Below the pieces are notes generated by a model, which saw only the letters and a list, made by a program, of their open reading frames with translations, was not told the origin of the DNA and did not search any database. Shown here piece by piece: positions 9,690 through 19,216 of a DNA stretch of 64,000 nt. The position numbers and the translations under genes are program-made. Origin of the DNA: Candidatus Hydrogenedentota bacterium. GTDB taxonomy: Bacteria; Hydrogenedentota; Hydrogenedentia; Hydrogenedentales; SLHB01. The stretch covers positions 320,001-384,000 of the forward strand of contig CAXXTH010000023.1 in assembly GCA_963668025.2 (NCBI GenBank). The letters are read 5' to 3'. Each line of letters starts with the position of its first letter. Position 1 is the first letter of the stretch.

Positions 9690-9961
9690 ATATTCTCCTC
9701 GATATGGAACGCTGCGTTATCGGTCATGTTGACAAGCACTACGGAAGCACGAGTTCCCAGAAGAAACCCCCTTTTCTTGCTTATTGTATATATTATATAT
9801 ACATACCAAATCAAGCTCAGAGGCTATTGGCGTTCTGATTCCACCGGCTTATCCCCTCGAATGAATGGAAACACCCTTGCCTTGCCCAAATGGCATGGTA
9901 GGTTTATGCTGGTTTCGTGGAAGGCATCAACGGGAGCGGCAATGCCAGGAGGCCCAGTAAT

Positions 9962-10984
9962 ATGGACAGGCGGAAGTTTTTGAAAACGGCCACAGCCGTG
10001 GCGGTGGCTGGAGGCATCGAGATGGCTGCGAGTGAATCCAGTCCGGTGCGTAAAATCATGACGGTTCGTGGGGAGATCGATGCAACCGCACTAGGGGTGA
10101 TGTTACCGCATGAGCATCTGCTGGTGGATTTCATTGGAGCGGATAGAGTTTCCCGGGAGCGATATGAAGCGGATACGGTGTTCGAGGCCGTGCTTCCTTA
10201 TGTGCAACAAGCAAAAAAACTGGGGCTTGGCGCACTTGCGGAATGTACGCCGGATGGCATAGGCCGGGATGCCGCGTTGATGAAACGCATTTCCGTGGCT
10301 TCTGGCGTGCATATCCTAACCAATACCGGTTGCTACAATGCGTCGGATGGAAAATACCTGCCTGCATACGCCCGGGAGGAATCCGCCGATACACTAGCGG
10401 CCCGTTGGATTTTGGAATGGACGAAGGGCATCGAAGATACGGGCATCCGGCCCGGATTCATCAAAATCGGCGTGAATGGCGCACCACTGTCCGCTATGGA
10501 TCAGAAACTTGTCCGGGCCGCCGCCCAAACGCACCTGGCTACGGGTTTGGTTATTGCTTCCCATACTTCCTCCGGCTCTGCGGCATTGGAGGAACTCGCC
10601 ATTCTGCGGGAAGAGGGTGTCGATGGTTCCGCGTTTATATGGGTCCATGCCCAAGCGGAACCGGACACGAAATGCCACAGGCGTGTGGCGGAGCAACGGG
10701 CTTGGCTGGAATTTGATGGAATATCTTGCGAAACCATCGCCGCGCATGTTACGCTAGTGAAAGAAAACGTATACTATGGCTTTTTAGGGCGTATTCTCGT
10801 ATCTCATGATGCGGGGTGGTATGCCGTGGGAGAACCGGGCGGGGGAGCTTTCCGGCCCTTTGATGCCTTGTTCACCACATTTTTACCTTCGTTGAGGGAA
10901 GCAGGCTTTTCGGATTCCGATATTCAGCGAGTCACGAGGGACAATCCGCACGAGGCGTTCGCGATTCGGAAACGAACGGTGTAA
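9962..10984 (+). CDS. Phosphotriesterase-family amidohydrolase with a Tat signal
   Basis: MDRRKFLK twin-arginine start; LPHEHLL, GFIKIG, ASHT, WVHAQ and VSHDAG PTE motifs. Confidence 0.9.
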   Translation: MDRRKFLKTATAVAVAGGIEMAASESSPVRKIMTVRGEIDATALGVMLPHEHLLVDFIGADRVSRERYEADTVFEAVLPYVQQAKKLGLGALAECTPDGIGRDAALMKRISVASGVHILTNTGCYNASDGKYLPAYAREESADTLAARWILEWTKGIEDTGIRPGFIKIGVNGAPLSAMDQKLVRAAAQTHLATGLVIASHTSSGSAALEELAILREEGVDGSAFIWVHAQAEPDTKCHRRVAEQRAWLEFDGISCETIAAHVTLVKENVYYGFLGRILVSHDAGWYAVGEPGGGAFRPFDALFTTFLPSLREAGFSDSDIQRVTRDNPHEAFAIRKRTV

Positions 10985-11020
10985 GCATTCGGTTGTACGA
11001 GCCGAAGACAGGAGGAGCGT

Positions 11021-12151
11021 ATGGAGAACACCCGGGAGCTGTTTCGGGGCATTTATGATTTTGAAATCCGGGATCGGTTCTGCCTGTACGAAGCGGGGTT
11101 TTGGGACGAGACCTACGCGCGCTGGCGCGCCGAAGGGCTGCCGGATGTGGAGCTGGCTCCCATATTCGGACTCGGCGAGAGCGCAAAGAATGTTAATACG
11201 GAGCTTAATGTCTTAGGCCCCTGCTATTTACCCATCAATTACCATCCCATTCCCAGTTACGAAGGCGTGGTCGAGGAAAACGAGGCGGAAGGTACGCGCA
11301 TTGTCCGCGACGCCTGGGGCACATTGCAGCGGTGTTCGACTAAAGGCGCTTCGCTGCCGCAATACCTGGACTGGCCGGTAAAGACTATCGCCGACTGGGA
11401 GGCATACAAGACGCGCTTTGATGGCCCCGCCGAGGAGCGCCTGCCCCAGCCTTGGCCGGATTATGCCCGGCGTATCCGTGAACAGCAATATGGCTTGGTC
11501 ATGCCGCATGTGATCGGCATGTTCGCTTTTCCGCGCGAGATCTTGGGCGTCGAGAATTTACTGATGCTGTTCTGCACGGACCCGGAACTCATCGAGCGCA
11601 TGCTGGACGACCGGCTCGAGTTCATCTTCCGGGTATACGAGCAGCCCATCCGAGACACGAATCCGGATTTGGCATTTATCTGGGAGGATATGTCGTTCAA
11701 GAATGGCCCGCTCATCTCGCCGGAAATGTGTGAGGCGTACCTGTTGCCGCGATACAAGAAGCTGGTGGGATTTTTCCACGACCTTGGCATCCGGCGCATC
11801 GTAGTGGACAGCGACGGCGATGTCAGCAGCCTGATCCCCATCTGGCATGAAGCCGGGATCAACGGCATGATGCCGTTCGAGGTGCGTGCAGGCAACGATG
11901 TCGGGCAACTGGCCAAGCAATGGCCCGATATGATCTTCTTTGGGGGTATCGACAAGCACGAGATCGCCAAAGGCGGCCCTGAAGCGGATGCGGAACTGGC
12001 AAGGCGGCTGGACAGTGTGTATGGCCGGGGCGGCTACATCGGCGGGCTGGACCACTGGGTTCCACCGGACATCTCATTGCATGATTATATGCACTACCGT
12101 GACCGGTTGCTGGCGTATCGCGGGCCTGGGAACGCTATAGGGCCTAGATAA
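11021..12151 (+). CDS. Uroporphyrinogen decarboxylase/cobalamin methyltransferase-family protein
   Basis: WEDMSFKNGPLISPEM, VDSDGDV, FFGGIDK, GGYI..LDHWVPPDIS. Confidence 0.85.
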   Translation: MENTRELFRGIYDFEIRDRFCLYEAGFWDETYARWRAEGLPDVELAPIFGLGESAKNVNTELNVLGPCYLPINYHPIPSYEGVVEENEAEGTRIVRDAWGTLQRCSTKGASLPQYLDWPVKTIADWEAYKTRFDGPAEERLPQPWPDYARRIREQQYGLVMPHVIGMFAFPREILGVENLLMLFCTDPELIERMLDDRLEFIFRVYEQPIRDTNPDLAFIWEDMSFKNGPLISPEMCEAYLLPRYKKLVGFFHDLGIRRIVVDSDGDVSSLIPIWHEAGINGMMPFEVRAGNDVGQLAKQWPDMIFFGGIDKHEIAKGGPEADAELARRLDSVYGRGGYIGGLDHWVPPDISLHDYMHYRDRLLAYRGPGNAIGPR

Positions 12152-12158
12152 GAATTAT

Positions 12159-12230
12159 TCTCACGCAAAGGCGCAAAGGGGGGGGGGAGCATGACGAGGT
12201 TTCTTTGCGCCTTTGCGCCTTTGCGTGCGC
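12159..12230. repeat. Type A 'triple-octamer' palindrome (G10 tract in the loop)
   Basis: TCTCACGCAAAGGCGCAAAG...AGCATGACGAGGTTTCTTTGCGCCTTTGCGCCTTTGCGTG. Confidence 0.85.
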
Positions 12231-12295
12231 TAAAAAAACCGGCCAATCCCTGTACATCATCAAGACGCCACCTTACTCTGGCAAACGGAATTTTA

Positions 12296-12481
12296 GTAAC
12301 ACGTTAGTCCAGTGGTGAAGAATGACCGGCGAGGGCGCCGGTCCCACAATTTGGTTGCATTAAAAAGTGTGGGACCGACGCCCTCGTCGGTCTTCAGATG
12401 CAAAATAATGTATCAATACCGGCGCGACTATAAACAAAGCTTCCAAATATAATATGCTACTTCAATCGGATAAAGTGTTAC
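12296..12481. mobile_element. 186-bp MITE carrying a REP doublet
   Basis: Terminal GTAACAC.../...GTGTTAC; 8-bp direct repeat GAATTTTA at 12288-12295 and 12482-12489. The element is absent from the homologous upstream region of the paralog at ~53900. Internal inverted GTGG-type REPs at 12324-12392. Confidence 0.8.
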
Positions 12482-12510
12482 GAATTTTACCGGTACAGGA
12501 AGGGCAAGCC

Positions 12511-14143
12511 ATGCAATTACGCGTTGCATCCATGCTGGCGGCCGTGGCGGCGGCCGGGCTTTTGGTGTTCTTGGTCTGTAATCCGCTTGAAACCTTGCAA
12601 GCCGCGCAAGTTACGGCTTCGCCAGAGACGCACGAGGGAACCTGGATCACGGGCCAGGTGACGGATACATCGGGTAAAGTGCTCGAGGGAGTCTGGGTGG
12701 AACTCGCCAGTTCCGAGGGCGTGCAAGCCTCTATCCCTGTCCAGTGCGATCCTGAAGGCCGGTTCAGCATTCATGATGTCGCCCCTGGGAGATATCTGTT
12801 CTATGTGTCTTGCATGCAAGACACCACCTTGTACCGGCTGCCTGCCCAAAACCGTGCCTGTACGTTGCGGGAAAACGAGCCTATCGAGAACGTAAACGTG
12901 CGCATTCCCAATCCGGAAAAGAGCGTTATCGCAGGGAATGTGAAGGACTCTATATCCGACGCCCCCCATCGAAGGCGTCCAAGTGGCGCTCGTAGGCGGT
13001 TCCAACGGGATATTCGCGAAAACCACCACCAATGCCAAGGGCGATTTTCGGTTGATGGGTCTGCCGGAGGGCAAACTCGCGTTAAGCTTCACCCACGAGG
13101 AATACCAGGAGGGCCATCTCACGGGGTTACAGCCTAGCAACAAAAAGCTGCAAGTACATGTGATCAAACTGGGTAGTATCTCGGGGCAGGTGTGCAAAAG
13201 TTACTCCAAGAAACCTCTCGACGATTTTCATTCGTGCGTGCTGGAATCAACTCGAAACGATGGCGCGGATGGTTCAACGGGCATACCCAAATGTGACTTG
13301 GGGGAGGGGCGTTTTCAGATCACCCATCTAGAGCCCGGCGTGGCGAAGATATCCGTTGCGTCATTTGGTTATGAGGCCCAGGAACTGCCGGACATCCCGA
13401 TAACCTCCGGCGAAGACACCGACATAGGCACTATCTACCTGGATGGATTTGGACGCATCGAAGGTTATGTCACCATGAATGGAATTCCGCTCAAGGATGA
13501 TGCGGTAAAAGACGGAATACCTCAAGCGAAGCATGTGAAGGTCTCGATAAAGCAGCTTGATCCCGAAGGCGGCGAGCGAGATTCTAGTGCAACGCCTATA
13601 ACATTAGCCGATGGGTCTTTTCAGGTGGAGCATGTGCCTGCTGGATTATATGTGGTTTCAGCGGCATACAAGCACTCGACGTCTCTATTAAAAAACTATA
13701 TTTCTGTTAATGTTACGCCGGGAGAAACGGTTCGGGCGAACCTGGAACTCATGGGCTCATGTGGCATAAGGGGGGTCTTCACCAAAGCACATGAGTTTTC
13801 GTATATCGTCCGAGTCTATGAGGCGGGCAAAGCACCTTCTACTCTTATAGCTAATAGCGACGATGGTTGCCCAGATGCAGGACTCTTCGCTAGAGCTTGG
13901 TGTCCCTCCGGCGGAGACGAGTACGAGATCTTGAATCTGCAGCCAGGGGACTACGATGTACTCGGTTTTTGCAGTTCTGGGATTGGAGGTGTTTTGGATC
14001 CAGAACCGATTTGCCAGCGCGTGACTCTGCGGGCTGGACAAATTGCCGAATTGGATTTCGATTTTTCGTCTGCGGTACCTGCAATTCGAACCGAGGAGGA
14101 AACTGGAAGAGTAATATCAATTAATGGTATCCCGGTTAATTGA
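12511..14143 (+). pseudogene. Secreted carboxypeptidase-regulatory-like (transthyretin-fold repeat) protein, frameshifted by an extra C at 12962-12967
   Basis: ORFs 12454..13137 and 12983..14143 join into a paralog of 52153..53883; C6 here versus C5 (GCC CCC GTC) in the paralog. Confidence 0.85.
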
Positions 14144-14244
14144 TGCGAAAAGAATTTCTCACGCAAAGGCGCTAAGGCGCAAAGGGGGGAGCATGACGAG
14201 GTTTCTTTGCGCCTTAGCGCCTTTGCGTGAGCTAAAAAAGCCGC

Positions 14245-14469
14245 GAGGAAGGTTTCCGCGCCGACCTTATCGTCGAAGATACGCTCAACATTGAACTAAA
14301 GTCCGTGGAAAAGATCGCGCCGGTCCATGCCAAACAACTCCTCACCTATCTCCGTTTGACGGATAAACGGCTTGGACTGCTGGTGAATTTCGGGGCAGAG
14401 CTAATCAAGGATGGGATCAAGCGGGTGGTGAATGGATTGCAGGAGGAATTTCTCACGCAAAGGCGCTAA
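14245..14469 (+). pseudogene. GxxExxY (PD-(D/E)XK) nuclease, C-terminal fragment 1
   Basis: Manual translation EEGFRADLIVEDTLNIELKSVEKIAPVHAKQLLTYLRLTDKRLGLLVNFGAELIKDGIKRVVNGL; no start codon and no GxxExxY motif. Confidence 0.85.
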
Positions 14470-14538
14470 GGCGCAAAGGGGGGAACATGACGAGGTTTCT
14501 TTGCGCCTTTGCGCCTTTGCGTGAGCTAAAAAAGCCGC

Positions 14539-14760
14539 GAGGAAGGTTTCCGCGCCGACCTCATCGTCGAAGATACGCTCATCATTGAACTGAAGTCCGT
14601 GGAAAAAATCGCGCCGGTCCATGCCAAACAACTCCTCACCTATCTCCGTTTGACGGATAAACGGCTTGGACTGCTGGTGAATTTCGGAGAAGAGCTTATC
14701 AAGGACGGGATACAGCGGGTGGTGAATGGATTGCAGGAGGAATTTCCCACGCAAAGGCGC
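14539..14760 (+). pseudogene. GxxExxY nuclease, C-terminal fragment 2
   Basis: EEGFRADLIVEDTLIIELKSVEKIAPVHAKQLLTYLRLTDKRLGLLVNFGEELIKDGIQRVVNGL. Confidence 0.85.
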
Positions 14761-14994
14761 GCGAAGAAGATAGCATGACGAGGTTTCTTTGCGGCTTGCG
14801 TGAGTCAATTCTAGTAATCGACATTACGTTCATTTGAGGTTATATTCCCTGGTTGAATGGAGAAAAGAATACTTGTCAGAATAGAAAACGTTTGCTATTC
14901 TAGTTCCACCATCCACTTGAACGGGCATTCTCTTGGGGGGCGCTGTATCGCCATCCGAGGGCAGGCTAGATCGCACAAAGAAGGATGCTGCATC

Positions 14995-17900
14995 ATGCGT
15001 ATGAATGTATTCGCAAGCCAGGCGGCCTGTATGGCGTGCCTCCTGGCTCTCTCCACGGCGGCGCTGGGCGCGGAAAATCCAGTGGCGTTCATCCTCTCCG
15101 ATCCGAATATTGCCGCACTCAAGGAGGACGCCGCCGCGTCTTCACCGGAGCGCCTCGGCAAGATGCTTTCGGAAAAAGGCATACAAACCCGCCTGATCAG
15201 TGTTCAGGAAATGGCCGATACCAATATCATGAACCGCAAGAACTGCGATGTGCTCATTCTTCCGTATGGCCCTAATTTTCCGTCAGCGGCCAGCCAGAGT
15301 TTCCAGGCTTTCGTGCGTACGGGCGGAAAATTCATTTCGATGGGCGGCTATACGTTCGCCAATCAAATCGGGCCGGATTACCAGCACGACCCAGACGCCA
15401 TGCCGCTGAGTTCGCGCGAAGGCGAAGCGGGGGATCACCTCAAGCTCGAGGCTTGGCAGTTTCCGATATTTGATTGGAGCTATTCCTTGGCGTTTGCATC
15501 CAATGGAGCCGCCGCGCCTGGCCAGTTTGCTTTCACGGGCAAGGCGGATTTTCCGGATGAATTATCGGGCTGGGCCGCCTGCGGGCTTGTCGCCGACAAC
15601 AAAGCCCGGTGGCAGCCCCTCGTGAATGCCTATGACCGGCACGGCCAATTGCGCGGCGCCATCGGCGCGGTGACCCGTGTCTTCCCGGACAACCATCGCT
15701 CGCCTCTGTTCACGCGGCGCGGGATGCATAATCCGGAAGGGTACGAGATGTATGAAATGACGAGCGACACGCTCAATGATATGCTGCAATGTTACAGCGG
15801 TTCGAGCTTCGCCTATTTTGGCGTGACCAACCGCGACCTGTTTGATGGCAGCATGCCTTTTATGGACGAAGGCCTGGCGAATCTGGTGCGGACGCTCGCG
15901 ACGGACACCTATCTCAAAGTACTGAAAACAGGCTTCACTTCGTATCACCAAGGCGAAGCGGCGGAACTGATCACCGCCGTCTGCAACGGCGGCAAGGCCC
16001 CTGCTAAGGGAACTGTCCTCTTTGAGATTCCATCCGTGGGATTCAAACAAGAATTGCCCTTTGAAGCCGCGCCTGGAAAAGCAGCCGAGGTAAAAGCTTC
16101 ATGGAAACCAGAACACTTCGACGCGGATTATTACGAATTTACCGCTACGTTGAAAAATGAAGCGGGCGAAACCATTGACCAGTTGAAGATGGCGTTCACG
16201 GTATGGAATCCCGATTACATCGCCACCGACGCGCCACTGGCATATGAGGAGAATTATTTCCAATTCAACGGGAAATCGGTCATGACCTTCGGCACCGATA
16301 TGGCCTGCCGCACTTTCTTGGGCGTCAACTACGAGAATCCGCTCCATTGGCGCACCGACGCGGAAAAACGGCGCGATTACGGTATCGAACTGTATGAAAT
16401 CCTCCAACAATCGGGCCGCAAGGAAGATCCGGAGAACCTGCGTCGCATCGAGTCGATCATTCAACTCTCGCGCAAATATGACCAAATCTACATGATGGGC
16501 CTGCTTATCGGGGCTAATTGCGCCGCCACAAAGGGCGAGCTGCAATACCAGGCCGATTGGATCCGGCGAGTAGCCGAGCGCTACACCTTCGCACCCAATG
16601 TGATCTATTACCTCAACGGGGATTTGCGGGTAGTCGTGACGGATGAAATGAAGCCCCAGTTCAATGAATTCCTCCAGGAACGCTACCACGGCGATATCGC
16701 CAAACTGCGCAAGGCCTGGGGGGCGCATGCGCCGAAAGAAGACTTCCCGAACATTCCTTCGGAAGACTATCCCGCTACGGGCGACAACACGTGGACGGAT
16801 GGCAAAGGCGCCGATATCAATCTGTTCCGCGCGTGGATGATCCGGCGGTGGACGCAAAACTTAATTGATGTGATACATGAAGTGGACAAGACAAAGCCCA
16901 TTATGTGCGAATTCTATGCGTGGCCGGCGGAATCGGTGGATATCCCGCTGGGCATGGGCAATCTCGATATCTCGAACTGTGGTTTCTTCGAGTCGTACCA
17001 GGATTTCACGAAATTCCTGTCCTATTCGGACCAGCGGTTTCGCAATAAATCGTTTGGCGTAGGTGAATTCGGCCGGCGCATCCATCCTGCCTTGTTGAAA
17101 ACCGATGGGGCATTTCACCGCGCCGTCGATAAACCCACCCAAACCAGCCATTACATGAATGTGTTCCATTATGCTTACGCCATGGGCATGAACCATATCA
17201 ACAATTGGTGCTGGAATGACTCTGACTGGATCTATTTTCCGTGGGGATACAACTTTCCGTCGGACTACGTGCCTCGTGATCTGCTCTATTGGAACCGTAA
17301 TTGCAGCCTCTTCTTCCGCCAGAGCGAGCCGAAATGGCGCGCGCCGGAAGTGGCCTTGCTGACTTGCGATAACAACCGCTTGTCCCCGGGCAAGTTTTTC
17401 GCCATGCACTATGGCGTGCTCCGAGGATTGGAAATTCTCTATGCAGCCCAACCTGGTGAAGTGTGTACGCTCAACGAGGTGGAGTTGTCCATCCCCGACG
17501 GCGTGAAACTCATCTACTACCCCATCCCTTATTTGCCTTCAGAAGACACATTGGACAAGCTGAGTGCGTTCGTGAAAAAGGGCGGCGCACTCTATATCTC
17601 CGGTGACATCTCGTATGATGAACTGACCCGCGACCGCATCCATACGAAACGGCTGGAAGACCTGTGTGGTGTGCGCTTCCTGAGCGAGAACTATCCAAAC
17701 GTGGCCATGGCCACTAACACCGTGGCGTATGTGTCCAAAGATGGCGTCAAACGCATGGGACGCCCGGGCATCCAAGTCGAGCCGCTTCCAAAAACAAACG
17801 TCCTCTATCAGACCGAAGATGGGAAGGCGGTCGTGGCCAGCTTCCCGCTGGGCAAAGGGAAGGTGGTCTTCTGTACGGACCCGCTCGAACTCCACGATGA

Positions 17901-18537
17901 CATGAGTGTGCCGGACAACGCGGCGTTTTATCGCGAAATCATGGCCCAAGCAGGCGTGAAGCCCATCGATGTGGCGCCATATAATCCCAAAGTCCACGCC
18001 ATGCGCCTACCCCTGGCCGATGGCGGCAGCTTCTATACATTCGTGAACCTGGACGACAAAGACATAACCCTCACGCTGAATGAAGGCCCCACGCCGGTCA
18101 CGCTGGCGGTCCAGAAACAGCGCCCCGCCGCCCTTTGGTTTGACGGCAAAGGACAGCTCCGGGGTGTCGAGGCGCAAGGCCAGGTGGCGGTGAACGGCGC
18201 GCCGCTGGTTGAAGATGGCGTGGGCGGCATCGTGTTCTCGGCAAACGAGAAGGGTGTGGGCGAGTCGGATGAATTGGTGCTGCTGCCCCTGCAAGCCGGA
18301 GAACTGGCGCTGCATACGAACGCGTTCGGCGATGCCATGCAAGCCGCCGCGGGCGAAGTGAAGGAGTCCAAATGGATGCATTATGAATCGCTTACGCCCG
18401 TGGCAGGTGAAGGCGCACAACGCATTGCCGTGGATGCCCTCAACGCGCAAAGTATTATTCTGATGTCGCGGCCAGACGGCATGAGTGCTTTGGAAGGGAA
18501 AGTGGCGAAGATGATGGCTGATCCATCATACCGGTAA
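14995..18537 (+). CDS. Large secreted clan GH-A (GH42-like) glycoside hydrolase with GATase-like/trimerisation domains
   Basis: Signal peptide; FNEFLQERYHGDIAKLRKAWG, GVGEFG, KKGGALYISGD and LGKGKVVF motifs. Confidence 0.65.
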   Translation: MRMNVFASQAACMACLLALSTAALGAENPVAFILSDPNIAALKEDAAASSPERLGKMLSEKGIQTRLISVQEMADTNIMNRKNCDVLILPYGPNFPSAASQSFQAFVRTGGKFISMGGYTFANQIGPDYQHDPDAMPLSSREGEAGDHLKLEAWQFPIFDWSYSLAFASNGAAAPGQFAFTGKADFPDELSGWAACGLVADNKARWQPLVNAYDRHGQLRGAIGAVTRVFPDNHRSPLFTRRGMHNPEGYEMYEMTSDTLNDMLQCYSGSSFAYFGVTNRDLFDGSMPFMDEGLANLVRTLATDTYLKVLKTGFTSYHQGEAAELITAVCNGGKAPAKGTVLFEIPSVGFKQELPFEAAPGKAAEVKASWKPEHFDADYYEFTATLKNEAGETIDQLKMAFTVWNPDYIATDAPLAYEENYFQFNGKSVMTFGTDMACRTFLGVNYENPLHWRTDAEKRRDYGIELYEILQQSGRKEDPENLRRIESIIQLSRKYDQIYMMGLLIGANCAATKGELQYQADWIRRVAERYTFAPNVIYYLNGDLRVVVTDEMKPQFNEFLQERYHGDIAKLRKAWGAHAPKEDFPNIPSEDYPATGDNTWTDGKGADINLFRAWMIRRWTQNLIDVIHEVDKTKPIMCEFYAWPAESVDIPLGMGNLDISNCGFFESYQDFTKFLSYSDQRFRNKSFGVGEFGRRIHPALLKTDGAFHRAVDKPTQTSHYMNVFHYAYAMGMNHINNWCWNDSDWIYFPWGYNFPSDYVPRDLLYWNRNCSLFFRQSEPKWRAPEVALLTCDNNRLSPGKFFAMHYGVLRGLEILYAAQPGEVCTLNEVELSIPDGVKLIYYPIPYLPSEDTLDKLSAFVKKGGALYISGDISYDELTRDRIHTKRLEDLCGVRFLSENYPNVAMATNTVAYVSKDGVKRMGRPGIQVEPLPKTNVLYQTEDGKAVVASFPLGKGKVVFCTDPLELHDDMSVPDNAAFYREIMAQAGVKPIDVAPYNPKVHAMRLPLADGGSFYTFVNLDDKDITLTLNEGPTPVTLAVQKQRPAALWFDGKGQLRGVEAQGQVAVNGAPLVEDGVGGIVFSANEKGVGESDELVLLPLQAGELALHTNAFGDAMQAAAGEVKESKWMHYESLTPVAGEGAQRIAVDALNAQSIILMSRPDGMSALEGKVAKMMADPSYR

Positions 18538-18556
18538 GCCGCGGAAGTGTGATATT

Positions 18557-18586
18557 GGGGAGAAGGTTCGCCTTCTCCCCTTTTTT
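18557..18586 (+). terminator. Rho-independent terminator
   Basis: GGGGAGAAGG-TTCG-CCTTCTCCCC followed by T6. Confidence 0.85.
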
Positions 18587-18633
18587 ATGGTTGCTGCTAT
18601 TGGGAAAGAAGGCGCGCCATCCTTGTTCAAATA

Positions 18634-18661
18634 TTTCACGCGAAGTCGCAAAGCCGCAAAG
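18634..18661. repeat. Solo half-site of the triple-octamer family
   Basis: TTTCACGCGAAGTCGCAAAGCCGCAAAG. Confidence 0.6.
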
Positions 18662-19216
18662 AATGCAACCGTTTAAAGCGCGACATACCTGCAATAAAAA
18701 ACCTTCTTGTTTTTTTGCAGAAGCTGGAGTAACACACGACGCGCTCTTCCCGCTTTCCGCGCCTGGCGAATACGGACGTGTGAGTAGAAAGCGCTTGAGC
18801 TTAATCGCCCGCTAAAGTATACTGAGTATACTTTTTGGGCTGGGCTTTGGGCATGCAGAAATTCGCAAGGATCGGGAGGCATTTGGCGCTTTTTGTTTCG
18901 TTTTAAGAAATAAGGAGGTTTGAATGGCATTGATTTGTTGGTATATATAATTTATATATAATGCTGTGCGGCGATGGTTTTTTATATTGCATCCGCGTAG
19001 TGCCAGCTCCAAGATCGAGCCCATAAAGAGCTCTCGTAAAACGTTCTTGATGATTTCTATAAGCCAAGTCTTCACACGATTATTTGATTGATCCTAACAA
19101 AGCGATTTTCAGAGGAAAAGAAATGGAGTCACGCCGGAACAAATAAAAGGCTGGAGTGCAAAAGAGGCGGCATACGCCCTGCATTTGGCGCAAATGCGAA
19201 CCCTGGAGGAAATGAT

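Larger units (their letters stand above)
14152..14806 (+). repeat. 294-bp tandem repeat x2.2: type A palindrome plus the 3' half of a GxxExxY gene
   Basis: Units start at GAATTT 14152, 14446 and 14740. Confidence 0.9.

Noticed and set aside
14401-14808. 135-aa minus-strand ORF
   Set aside because: Antisense of the GxxExxY fragments and palindromes
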